Assembly: GCA_016933215.1 (NCBI GenBank)
Contig: JAFGBH010000096.1
Location: 17,788-81,787 of the forward strand
DNA length: 64,000 nucleotides
Direction of reading: 5' to 3'
Origin: Deltaproteobacteria bacterium
Lineage (GTDB): Bacteria > Desulfobacterota > Syntrophia > Syntrophales > UBA2210
Shown: in pieces, positions 10,544 to 19,025 of the stretch
Position numbering within the stretch: the stretch's first letter is position 1
Layout of the letters: each line of letters opens with the position of its first letter
Made by a program: the position numbers and the translations under genes
The notes under the pieces: generated by a model
What the model saw: the letters and a program-made list of their open reading frames with translations, nothing else
Told to the model about the DNA's origin: nothing
Database searches by the model: none

Positions 10544-11206
10544 TCATTTATCAGCCACAATGGCATCAACATCCACCTCTTCGCGGGTAAGATCGAAGAG
10601 TGTCTCCTTTACCCGCCCCCATTCTTCCTTCATTATATACTTTATGATCCCCGAATCAAAAACGGACTCAAACACTTCCTTGTTATCCTCCGGAGATTCC
10701 CCTCGGGTTATCATCTTCTCTCTCAGGGCACCCATAATGTCGAGGAGGATACCGTACTCGGGACCATAGGCCTGTTCGATTTCTTCCCTCAGCTTTCTTG
10801 CCATAATGGGACTTTTCCCGCCTGTCGATATGGCTATTGCAAGGTCTCCCGTCCTCACTATTGAGGGAACGATAAAATCGCACCGTTTCGGATCATCGAC
10901 GATATTGACAAGGATTCCTCTATCTTGCGAATCTCTATAGATTTTCTCATTCACTTCATCCCTGTCCGTTGCACCGACAACGATAAAGGCCCCCTTTATG
11001 TATCCGCTATCGTAGTCATCAGGAATGTGATCTATGATGTTCCCCTCTATCATCGCCGCAAGGCCGGGAGTAACGGCGTTGCTTACCACGATGACTTCGG
11101 CATCACACTCGAGCAGTTTCATTACCTTTCGCTCCGCAACGTCTCCGCCACCGACAACCACGCATCGTTTCTCTGAAACGTCGAGATAGATGGGATAGTA
11201 TTTCAC
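10544..11206 (-). CDS. sirC: Precorrin-2 dehydrogenase / sirohydrochlorin ferrochelatase (CysG N-terminal / SirC family)
   Basis: Rossmann motif VVVGGGDVAERKV. The longest ORF reaches 11272, but the GTG at 11206 preceded by AAAGGA gives the typical N-terminus (M)KYYPIYLDV. Confidence 0.75.
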   Translation of the reverse strand: MKYYPIYLDVSEKRCVVVGGGDVAERKVMKLLECDAEVIVVSNAVTPGLAAMIEGNIIDHIPDDYDSGYIKGAFIVVGATDRDEVNEKIYRDSQDRGILVNIVDDPKRCDFIVPSIVRTGDLAIAISTGGKSPIMARKLREEIEQAYGPEYGILLDIMGALREKMITRGESPEDNKEVFESVFDSGIIKYIMKEEWGRVKETLFDLTREEVDVDAIVADK

Positions 11207-11344
11207 ATTACATCCTTTCTCAAAAAAGATATGGTAAAAAAGGTGGTTATCACGAAGGTTCGCAAAATTCAAGCTACTTGAATTCTCATGAAAAAGGGGT
11301 TATAGATTTGAAGTGACAGTCGCTTCACCAAAGGGAGATAAACC

Positions 11345-12280
11345 ATGCCTGAGACAAAGGAAAAATGGATTGAAATTGTCATTTCGACACCGGAGGAATT
11401 AAGCGATTCATTATCAAACTTCATGGTTGAACTTGACACTCAGGGCGTATCCCAGGAGGAACCGGAGCAAAGTTCCTTTAATGACACCCCCGCTCTCAAA
11501 GCCAAAGAAGAACTCAAGGCATATCTACCCTTCGGTTCCGAAGCGGAAAAAAAGATCTCTTCATTACAAGTATATATGGATAGTCTTCATGAGATGTTCC
11601 CCGATCTGGAGAAGCCTGCATTTGTTACCCATACAATCGTCGACCCTGACTGGGGGGAACAATGGAAAAAGTATTTTAAACCTCTCAGGGTCAGTAAAAA
11701 TATTGTCATCAAACCCACATGGGAACGGTATCAAACGGGAGGCAGGGATATTGTCATCGATATCGATCCGGGAATGGCCTTCGGGACCGGCCAGCACCCT
11801 TCAACGCAGCTTTGTATCGTTGCAATCGAAGAGCTACTTTTGAAAGACAGGTCCTTCGATAAATGGACTGTTCTCGACATCGGAACGGGCACGGGCATAC
11901 TTGCGATATGCAGTGCGAAGCTCGGCTCCGACAGGGTTTTAGCAGTAGATATTGATGAAAAGGCGATAGAAATTGCCTCGAAAAACGTCGTCATAAACGG
12001 CGTGGACGAGAAGATAGAATTGATAAATGACAGCATATCGACCCGCAAGGGAACATTCAATCTCATCGTGGCCAACCTGACGGCAAAGACGCTGATACAG
12101 CTTAAACCCCAAATCATGAACATGACCGTTCCCGGAGGATATGTGATTGCATCGGGAATTATAGACCAGGACACGGAAGCTATTGAGAAGCACTTTGTAG
12201 CTGAAGATATGGCCATCCATGACATAAAAAGCGAACAGGAATGGTTTTGCTATACCTTTAAGAAACGGAACAGAAAGTGA
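11345..12280 (+). CDS. prmA: Ribosomal protein L11 methyltransferase
   Basis: 311 aa with IDPGMAFGTGQHPST and the SAM motif VLDIGTGTGILA. Confidence 0.9.
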   Translation: MPETKEKWIEIVISTPEELSDSLSNFMVELDTQGVSQEEPEQSSFNDTPALKAKEELKAYLPFGSEAEKKISSLQVYMDSLHEMFPDLEKPAFVTHTIVDPDWGEQWKKYFKPLRVSKNIVIKPTWERYQTGGRDIVIDIDPGMAFGTGQHPSTQLCIVAIEELLLKDRSFDKWTVLDIGTGTGILAICSAKLGSDRVLAVDIDEKAIEIASKNVVINGVDEKIELINDSISTRKGTFNLIVANLTAKTLIQLKPQIMNMTVPGGYVIASGIIDQDTEAIEKHFVAEDMAIHDIKSEQEWFCYTFKKRNRK

Positions 12281-13044
12281 CAATTCCACGGATCTTCTCC
12301 CCCGAAACCCTGCGAGAAGGAAAATTACTGGAAATAGAAAAGGGCAACTCCCAGTATATAAAGAATGTCCTGAGAATGAGACTAGGAGACAAACTTTCGC
12401 TCTTTGACGGCAGGGGATCAGAACATGAGGCCGTTATTGTTGATCTCTCAGAAGGAAGACTATCCCTAAAGATAGGGGAAAAGATACAAGTCGGGGTTTC
12501 AAATCTGAACGTCACCTTAGCCCAGTCCCTTCCAAAGGGTGGCAAAATGGATTTTATTATTCAAAAATCGACGGAACTCGGCGCAGACAGGATCATCCCC
12601 TTCATATCGTCCCGATCAATTCCACGACTATCAGAAACCAAGGCCGAGACCAAGTGCAAAAGATGGAGGAAAATCGCCATCGAGGCATCCCGGCAGTGCG
12701 GCAGGGCGAAGATACCCGAAGTGACCGGAATCGTTACCTTTGAAGAAATGCTCACGATGAGAGAAGATGAAAGTCTCGGCATCCTGTTATGGGAGGATGA
12801 GTCTGAAAGGGGCATCAAAGAAATACTGAGAGATGAAAGATACCGCCCTCTGGAAAAATTCTTCATCGTAGTGGGACCGGAGGGAGGATTGTCGAAGAAA
12901 GAGGTAGAAAAAGCAACCGCGCACAATTTCATTTCTGCAACGATGGGGACTCTTATCTTGAGAACCGAGACAGCTCCCCTCGCCATCCTCTCCATATTGC
13001 AGTATGAAAAAGGGATACATGGCAAAGCGGAACAGGGAGCCTGA
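12277..13044 (+). CDS. rsmE: 16S rRNA (uracil1498-N3)-methyltransferase
   Basis: 255 aa. It has an N-terminal PUA-like region, KMDFIIQKSTELGADRIIP and VVGPEGGLSKKEVE. It overlaps prmA by 4 bp, the common prmA-rsmE pairing. Confidence 0.88.
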   Translation: MTIPRIFSPETLREGKLLEIEKGNSQYIKNVLRMRLGDKLSLFDGRGSEHEAVIVDLSEGRLSLKIGEKIQVGVSNLNVTLAQSLPKGGKMDFIIQKSTELGADRIIPFISSRSIPRLSETKAETKCKRWRKIAIEASRQCGRAKIPEVTGIVTFEEMLTMREDESLGILLWEDESERGIKEILRDERYRPLEKFFIVVGPEGGLSKKEVEKATAHNFISATMGTLILRTETAPLAILSILQYEKGIHGKAEQGA

Positions 13045-13047
13045 GGT

Positions 13048-13512
13048 ATGTATATACACTATGGAGGGTTCTGGAGAAGGGGTCTCGCGTTTTTCATCGA
13101 CATCACCATACTCTACACCCTTTCTACGGCACTCTTTGCCACTTGGATAACTATTACACACACCCCGGTCGAATCTCACGAATTTTTTATTCTATCAAAT
13201 ACGACTCCCGAGATATTCATAGGGGTCATTCTTCCCTACTACGGAATATCAGTGCTTTTAAACATGACATACTTCACCTATTTTCACGGTACCATCGGTC
13301 AGACACCCGGGAAAAAGCTCCTCGGCCTTAAGGTTATAGACATAACAGGAAAAGAGATGACTCTCGGAATCGCCTTTCTACGCTGGGCCGGATATATAAT
13401 CTCAAAACTTGTTTTGTTTCTCGGCTTCATCTGGATTGCCTTTGACCGAAGGAAACAGGGCTGGCACGATAAAATAGCAGGAACCTGCGTTATCAGAACA
13501 AAAGCTGACTAA
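13048..13512 (+). CDS. RDD family membrane protein
   Basis: 154 aa with three hydrophobic segments. The terminal motif FDRRKQGWHDKIAGTCVI is typical of RDD domains. Confidence 0.75.
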   Translation: MYIHYGGFWRRGLAFFIDITILYTLSTALFATWITITHTPVESHEFFILSNTTPEIFIGVILPYYGISVLLNMTYFTYFHGTIGQTPGKKLLGLKVIDITGKEMTLGIAFLRWAGYIISKLVLFLGFIWIAFDRRKQGWHDKIAGTCVIRTKAD

Positions 13513-13571
13513 AAATACTTGACAAAAGAATAAAGATTGGATAACAAACGCTTTCCACATACGGTCTTTAT

Positions 13572-13647
13572 GGGTCGGTAGCTCAGTCGGTAGAGCACGG
13601 GACTGAAAATCCCGGTGTCGGCAGTTCGATTCTGCCCTGACCCACCA
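13572..13647 (+). tRNA. tRNA-Phe (anticodon GAA), CCA encoded
   Basis: 76 nt, folded by hand. The acceptor stem is GGGTCGG/CTGACCC, the D arm GCTC-AGTCGGTA-GAGC, and the anticodon stem CGGGA/TCCCG with loop CTGAAAA. The T arm is GGCAG-TTCGATT-CTGCC, and it ends in ACCA. Confidence 0.95.
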
Positions 13648-13686
13648 TTGGTATTAAGGGGTTAGTCACTTTGGCTGGCCCCTTTT
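13600..13686 (+). repeat. attL: direct repeat formed by the 3' 48 nt of tRNA-Phe plus downstream hairpin region
   Basis: 51 bp are identical to 33589-33639. The match then continues imperfectly (AAGGGGTTAG(T/C)CACTTTGGCTGGCCCCTTTT) to about 13686 / 33675. Confidence 0.85.
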
Positions 13687-14762
13687 TTCGTCCCAAAATC
13701 TGCAAATGTAACTGTTTTGTAACCACGCTGCTCATTTAGGTATATTTCCTGTTTCTGGGCTGCCAATTTCAGGTCATCGGCACTCACAATATTGTATCGC
13801 TCGAATACTGATCTTGTTTTATGTCCTGAAATCATCATAGCAACCCGCTCGGGAACACCAGCTCTCACCATATTTCTAACCGCTGTACGTCTCAAATCAT
13901 GGAATAGCTTTTTGCCTATTTTTGCTCCCTTGCATGCAGTATTCCACGACTTTCTTAACTGCTTTATCCTGTCGCTCCCGTTTTTGTTCGTAAACACATA
14001 AGGCGTCAGTTTACCGGCTTTTTTTCTTGCCTCCCATTGCGCATTAATAACCGTTTTCAACTCGTCATCAAGATAAACGATACGACCCTCGTTGTTCTTG
14101 GTCTCCCCAGCCTCAAGCCTCACAATGCCATTTTTAAGGTCAACGTGGCTCCACGTTAGCTTACTGATCTCTGACTTACGCCACCCTGACTTATAGGCAA
14201 AAGTCACAAAACCCCTTAAGTGTTCCGGTAATTTGCCCCTCAAGGCTAAAAACTCCTCATGCTCGAAGAAACCCTTCCTGACATTATTCTCTTTCAGCAT
14301 AGAGATGTAAGGAACCCTATCGACCTTCGGCGGAGTCTGCTGCGCACCGAGATTCAACATTCGCTTGAGTGCAGAAAGTTCACGATTGATTGTCGCGTTC
14401 TTCGCCTTTTCCATTTGCCTCTTCTCAACATATTTATTGATCAGGGGAGTCGTTATATCGACCACTTTCATACCTTCAAAGTAGTCTTTCAGGCGATCCA
14501 CGCTCCGCTCGGCACGGTCAAGAGACTTCTTACCGTTAATCCTATAGTCAGCAAGAAACTCTTCGGCCAACTCATCGAACCTCACTTTCTCAAAGTGCAC
14601 ACCCGGTATTTTACCCTGCGTAATTTCCCCTTCACGCTTTTTTAGTAAACCTCTCGCTACTCCCACTTTATCGCTATGGGTAGATTCGACATATGGCTTC
14701 CCGTTGCGATAGTACTTAATTGTGTAATTCTTTCCTCGTCTATAGATACATCCCATTTTCAC
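13662..14762 (-). CDS. int: Tyrosine-type site-specific recombinase (phage integrase family)
   Basis: 366 aa. The C-terminal catalytic signature is LFHDLRRTAV ... ISGHKTRSVFERYNIV (R..HxxR..Y). It is adjacent to the tRNA, and its last codons lie inside the att repeat. The start is GTG 14762 or ATG 14756. Confidence 0.9.
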   Translation of the reverse strand: MKMGCIYRRGKNYTIKYYRNGKPYVESTHSDKVGVARGLLKKREGEITQGKIPGVHFEKVRFDELAEEFLADYRINGKKSLDRAERSVDRLKDYFEGMKVVDITTPLINKYVEKRQMEKAKNATINRELSALKRMLNLGAQQTPPKVDRVPYISMLKENNVRKGFFEHEEFLALRGKLPEHLRGFVTFAYKSGWRKSEISKLTWSHVDLKNGIVRLEAGETKNNEGRIVYLDDELKTVINAQWEARKKAGKLTPYVFTNKNGSDRIKQLRKSWNTACKGAKIGKKLFHDLRRTAVRNMVRAGVPERVAMMISGHKTRSVFERYNIVSADDLKLAAQKQEIYLNEQRGYKTVTFADFGTKKGASQSD

Positions 14763-14968
14763 GCTCCTTTCCGGGATGGATTCGGCTTGACAAGTTGAAT
14801 GTCGTAGCCGAGGTAATCGGCAATCTGCTCAAGCTTTCTCAGGGAGATATTCACCTTCCCACCGAGGAACTTCGAGAGTTGACTCTCGTCGATCCCCAGA
14901 TCCTTGCTGAGCCGGTACGCCGTTACCTTTTCCCTTTTCAGGATTTCTCTTAGACGATTCGCCACCAT
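14759..14968 (-). CDS. XRE-family helix-turn-helix transcriptional regulator
   Basis: 69 aa with the HTH_3-like segment VTAYRLSKDLGIDESQLSKFLGGKVNISLRKLEQIADYLG. A GTGA overlap joins it to int. Confidence 0.75.
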   Translation of the reverse strand: MVANRLREILKREKVTAYRLSKDLGIDESQLSKFLGGKVNISLRKLEQIADYLGYDIQLVKPNPSRKGA

Positions 14969-15006
14969 ATGCTTCTTCTACCATATACTGGTATATATGT
15001 CAAGTA

Positions 15007-15252
15007 CTATCGGTATATCGTTTTGTTTGTCTCGATGAATTCATCGAGATCATTCACATCAAAATACAATTTGCGATCGGCCTCTCGTTTCACGACAGGT
15101 ATGTCGCCCGACCATGCAAGCTCACGCATTCCATACTCTCCCCGACCGAGGTACAGTGCTGCCTCTTTCAGGGTATACAGGCGTTTCCTCACTGGATTCG
15201 TAATCCCGTGTGCCTTCTTTGTTCCTTTGTCAGTCAGCGTTTGCGTCGCCAT
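15007..15252 (-). CDS. Excisionase/AlpA-like (HTH_17) DNA-binding protein
   Basis: 81 aa. The segment LYTLKEAALYLGRGEYGMRELAWSGDIPVVK resembles the excisionase-family MerR-like HTH. It sits upstream of the XRE gene and int. Confidence 0.65.
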   Translation of the reverse strand: MATQTLTDKGTKKAHGITNPVRKRLYTLKEAALYLGRGEYGMRELAWSGDIPVVKREADRKLYFDVNDLDEFIETNKTIYR

Positions 15253-15608
15253 GTAACCGTCCGGTAACCGTTTATTGAACTATTTAAACCTATCAATGGT
15301 TATCATTTCTCGGTGTTTCTTCCGCATTGAGAGAGAGGGGGGGGTACCGGCCATTTTCGGCTGCGGTGCGTGAAAATAACATCCCCCTATAAATATCCGA
15401 AAAACAAAAGGGACTGAATCTCAATTCAAATTGCCTCTTTCTCATCGTCTTTACGATCCTACGCCCAAATAAGTGTCGCGCAGATTGCCAAGATTGTTGG
15501 TCGCAATGAAAGAACGTATAGAAATGATTAAAATACTGCCAACTTTCATTACCCCTAAAGAAAACAAAAAAGACCAGTCGAACTCTTTGACGTAATGTTT
15601 CCCTCATC

Positions 15609-15980
15609 TCAGGCTTCATTACTTATCCGCACATTCAAAAGAGGATTTCTTGCCCGAGACTCAATGATATTTGCTTCGGTCTGATTGACCCTTTTTTTAA
15701 TCGCTCTGGCCTTTTTTAATCTTTTCCCTACCTCTACCCTCTCTTCGGGAGTTAGTTTCCTCCTCTTTGTAATTTTACATATGCCAAAGGGCATATAGGG
15801 GTATAGGGGACACGATTCGACCTGACAATCTACCTTGCCGTCGGTGTACCCGTTCATGCACTCGTAGCACTTTGCCAGCATCGCTTCTTTTCGGGTTAAT
15901 CTTTCGCCACTTAAATATTTCAACAATTCCCTCTTGCCGCTTGCCGTAATCCCATATTTTTCAATGTCGTTATGTTCCAT
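15609..15980 (-). CDS. Cys-rich (zinc-ribbon-like) small basic protein of mobile-element origin, function unknown
   Basis: The ATG at 15980 gives MEHNDIEKYG... (123 aa). It has the Cys cluster CYECMNGYTDGKVDCQVESCPLYPY. The longest ORF (to 16142) would overlap the rep gene. Confidence 0.5.
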   Translation of the reverse strand: MEHNDIEKYGITASGKRELLKYLSGERLTRKEAMLAKCYECMNGYTDGKVDCQVESCPLYPYMPFGICKITKRRKLTPEERVEVGKRLKKARAIKKRVNQTEANIIESRARNPLLNVRISNEA

Positions 15981-16713
15981 TTTTCTTCTCCTTTGGTTTA
16001 TATAAATCCGCCTCATCGAGATACTGCTGCCAGTGTTGCTTTCTGAAAAGGGTAGCGGGATGAAAAAGTTTGGGGTTTTCGATGAAATAGGGGTCTTCTG
16101 ATTTAAGGGCAATGATTCGGCAACACTGATGTACCGAGCCACCGTCTTTTAAACGGGCGGCGATATTTTCCGATGCGGTGACGGGTTTTAAATCCTTCCG
16201 TTTAGCTACCCATTCCCGGTATTCGTTATATACTTGAAGGACCTCTGCCACCCCATCCTCTAAAAGAACCCTCTCGTCGGCGTGATGCCTTATATATATA
16301 TTCTTTTCTTTCTTTTCTTTTGTGGGTGCCATTTTTGGCAACAGTTCCGTTGCCATTTTTGGCAATAGTCCGTTGCCATTTTTGCCATGTGTCATTTTCG
16401 GCGACAGCTGCCATTTGGTGTAATCTTTTTGAAGGCCATAGGAAATGATGAGGGTGGAGTCATCTTTAATGATAATTCTCCGTTTTGTAAGGTCCTTGAG
16501 GGCGCGTCCAATATGTCTTCTGTCCAATCCCGTTTTCTTTTGGAATGAGCTGATGCTGATTCGATCCGTCTTCTTTTTCCAGCCGTAGGTCTGTCGCAGG
16601 ATCACCCATAAAAGCCGCCACTGATTACCGGATAGTTGTAAGCGATAGAAAGCTTCCCCGATTTCATTTGCTATCTGCATATATCCGTTTTCTAACTGTG
16701 GGGTTCCGGACAT
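15970..16713 (-). CDS. Replication initiator-like protein (phage replication protein O N-terminal winged-helix type)
   Basis: The ATG at 16713 is preceded by GAGGGAG. The N-terminus NGYMQIANEIGEAFYRLQLSGNQWRLLWVILRQTYGWKK is RepO/DnaD-like. The central LPKMAT/LPKMAP repeats are encoded by the iterons. Confidence 0.6.
   Translation of the reverse strand: MSGTPQLENGYMQIANEIGEAFYRLQLSGNQWRLLWVILRQTYGWKKKTDRISISSFQKKTGLDRRHIGRALKDLTKRRIIIKDDSTLIISYGLQKDYTKWQLSPKMTHGKNGNGLLPKMATELLPKMAPTKEKKEKNIYIRHHADERVLLEDGVAEVLQVYNEYREWVAKRKDLKPVTASENIAARLKDGGSVHQCCRIIALKSEDPYFIENPKLFHPATLFRKQHWQQYLDEADLYKPKEKKNGT
16327..16420. repeat. Iteron-like direct repeats (putative origin of replication) inside the RepO-like gene
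   Basis: TGCCATTTTTGGCA occurs at 16327 and 16351 and TGCCATTTTTGCCA at 16374 (spacing 24/23 bp). Degenerate copies are TGTCATTTTCGGCG at 16390 and TGCCATTTGGTG at 16409. Confidence 0.6.
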
Positions 16714-16737
16714 GGTGATCTCCCTCAAAGTCTCAGC

Positions 16738-16929
16738 TCAGTTTTCCGTCTGAATCTTGCGCTGCTCCATGTAATCAATGATATCCTGCCAACAATACCT
16801 TACAGATCGTCCAACCTTGCAATAAGGTATGCCCCGGCCCAAGTGCCGATTGTTGCGAAGCGTGGATAATGCCATACCAGTCAAGCGTGACGTTTCCTTC
16901 TCTGTTAAATATCTGACTTTTGTTTCCAT
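16738..16929 (-). CDS. AlpA/excisionase-family HTH DNA-binding protein
   Basis: 63 aa. The segment YLTEKETSRLTGMALSTLRNNRHLGRGIPYCKVGRSVRY is typical of the HTH_17 family. Confidence 0.65.
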   Translation of the reverse strand: METKVRYLTEKETSRLTGMALSTLRNNRHLGRGIPYCKVGRSVRYCWQDIIDYMEQRKIQTEN

Positions 16930-17138
16930 CGAAGAACTCCTTTCTATATCTCTTTACCCCTATAGTTGGATTTCTCCAATCTCGAAGGCGAATAAGGGGG
17001 ACAAAACAAGACTGATGATTGGTATCTTATTGAATGTGTAAAGCAAAATATTCGAAATAATTATTGCGCACATCTCCAACAGGAGGGTTGGCGATCTTCA
17101 AGTTTTGTAGTTGGAGATTTAAAGTCGGGTGAAAGGGG

Positions 17139-18278
17139 CTAACTTTCGCCTGGGTTCAGATATCCTTTTATGCGGTTTGGACCAAGAAACTCTTTTTTTG
17201 ATGCCACTTCGATAGCAGCTTCTAATTTAGCCATGATCTGTGACAACATATCTTTTGAATTGTTGCCTCCTTGCAACTCTAATGTTTTCTTTTCTTCAGA
17301 TAGCCTTTCAATTTCTGCTATTAGTTCTGCTTTCGGATAATCTGTATAATCAACATCATTGATGCTCGGAGGGGGAACATCGAACTTTGGCCCATACGTA
17401 CCCGGCCGCTCACTATGTATGCGCTGAAATATATGAAAGTTACTTGGCAATTGCGACTTGTAGGTTACGTTTAAAAACTCTACGACTTTCCTGCTGATAT
17501 CGCGAAGAATTTGTTGATGTGCATCGTATTGTTTATTTCTTATTTTTCTGCTTCCGTGGGCTTTGCCAACATAATATAAGTGATCTTCTGATTTCAGAAT
17601 TTGAATGAAAGCGAGCCACGTTTTTGTATCTTCTCTCCGAAATCCTAAATCTTCATAGGAGTAAGTTTTCGGATCTCCGTTGCCAACCCTTACAATGATA
17701 TCAAGACCATTTTTATAAGAAATTGACACTGATTCTATATAGCATTCGGGGTCTGTCTTACCGTAGCTTGCTAACATGTCAGACATCTCTGGACGTTCAG
17801 TATCCGTCTGCTTTTCTAAACTTGAAGCATGCTTTTCTCGCCATTGATCAAGAATCTCTTCGTGCTGATTCTCAAACGCTTCTACATCGTCTGGGTGATA
17901 CAACCATTGAGAAAAATATTGTTCTCGCTCTTCTTGGGTATAAGCACGCGACAGCATGCCGAAATCATATCGGACGCACGCTTCTAATCGCGTGGGATTG
18001 GGTTCGTAAGGAACAAGTTTGTCCTGTCGCGCAAAATCAAAGATCGCCTCCCATCCAACCGACCATCTTTCCATTAACTCAATCCCGGTAATCGGCACGA
18101 ATAGCTCTTTGGGGGGTTCCGTGTCCCGGCGGTGGGGAAGTAGGGGGCCAAGTCCATCTACCGGGTTTAGTGGATCTGGTGCCTTAGTGATTCCCTTTGC
18201 CCTTTCGAGCTTCCTGAGCTCATCCTTCTGGGCTTCAGTGGGTTGGACCTCGTCCTTCTTGTTTTTATCTCCTGTCAT
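17139..18278 (-). CDS. Hypothetical protein (379 aa), no recognisable domain; charged N-terminus, coiled-coil-like C-terminus
   Basis: Long ORF in the co-directional minus-strand island operon. No motif was recognised by eye. Confidence 0.5.
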   Translation of the reverse strand: MTGDKNKKDEVQPTEAQKDELRKLERAKGITKAPDPLNPVDGLGPLLPHRRDTEPPKELFVPITGIELMERWSVGWEAIFDFARQDKLVPYEPNPTRLEACVRYDFGMLSRAYTQEEREQYFSQWLYHPDDVEAFENQHEEILDQWREKHASSLEKQTDTERPEMSDMLASYGKTDPECYIESVSISYKNGLDIIVRVGNGDPKTYSYEDLGFRREDTKTWLAFIQILKSEDHLYYVGKAHGSRKIRNKQYDAHQQILRDISRKVVEFLNVTYKSQLPSNFHIFQRIHSERPGTYGPKFDVPPPSINDVDYTDYPKAELIAEIERLSEEKKTLELQGGNNSKDMLSQIMAKLEAAIEVASKKEFLGPNRIKGYLNPGES

Positions 18279-18480
18279 TTTGCGCCTCCTGAAGCGCCTT
18301 GGCAGTAGATCCGAAGAAAGCGGTCAGGATACTGCTTTGTCGGTCTGCAGAACCTATCCCCGGAAAAATGATTATTTATTTACGTTCCTTTAAATCGACA
18401 TTGCGGAAATCTTAGTACAGGGTTCAGTCAAGGAGATTTTAGGTTGTAGGTATTCCAGATTAACTCTATTGGAAGGTCTG

Positions 18481-18789
18481 TTAGAAATTTAAAACGAATT
18501 CGGTCTCAGCAGCGTATCTGCGCCGGTCTTTCCAGACAGATTCTACACCATATCTTTCAACCAACTCCAGGGTGCTTTCACGTAACACCCGTTTGCTGCC
18601 TTCCGGTATGTCCAAGCAATCGAGGTATTCTCCTAAGAGTAACAGAGGATCTGACTCCCAATTATCCGGGACCGGAGCATTCTCGTCATGAACGAGACCA
18701 TCTCGATCATAAGCATCAAGAACACTCAAAACGCCCGAATAGTTGCTTAAGGCGTTTTGGAAATGCCTCTTTTTCTCCTTGTTATCCAT
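18481..18789 (-). CDS. Hypothetical acidic protein (about 102 aa)
   Basis: The ATG at 18789 (MDNKEKKRHF...) is preceded by a G-rich SD (AAGGGGGGGGGA). The longest ORF extends to 18924 through the G9 tract. The protein is rich in Asp/Glu. Confidence 0.45.
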   Translation of the reverse strand: MDNKEKKRHFQNALSNYSGVLSVLDAYDRDGLVHDENAPVPDNWESDPLLLLGEYLDCLDIPEGSKRVLRESTLELVERYGVESVWKDRRRYAAETEFVLNF

Positions 18790-19025
18790 TCCCCCCCCCT
18801 TAATCTTGTGGTCATAATTAATGATACGCTCCTGAAAATTTTTTTCAAGTAAGATTATATGTGTCCAACCTTTCATAGAATAACGCCTGCTAATCGTTGG
18901 GATTATATAAATGTGATTATCCAAGATTATAAATCGAAATGTTTATAGATTTAACGACTTGCTCACAAGTGAGGGCCGCTACGCGGCCCGCAGCTGGTGA
19001 AGCAAAAGGTTAGGCAGTTACTATG

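Noticed and set aside
15293-15619. 108-aa minus-strand ORF in the xis / zinc-ribbon spacer (and 14969-15256 plus strand, 95 aa)
   Set aside because: The sequences are low-complexity and rich in Phe, Arg and Ser, without motifs. One overlaps the Xis-like gene antisense. The region is more plausibly regulatory non-coding DNA.
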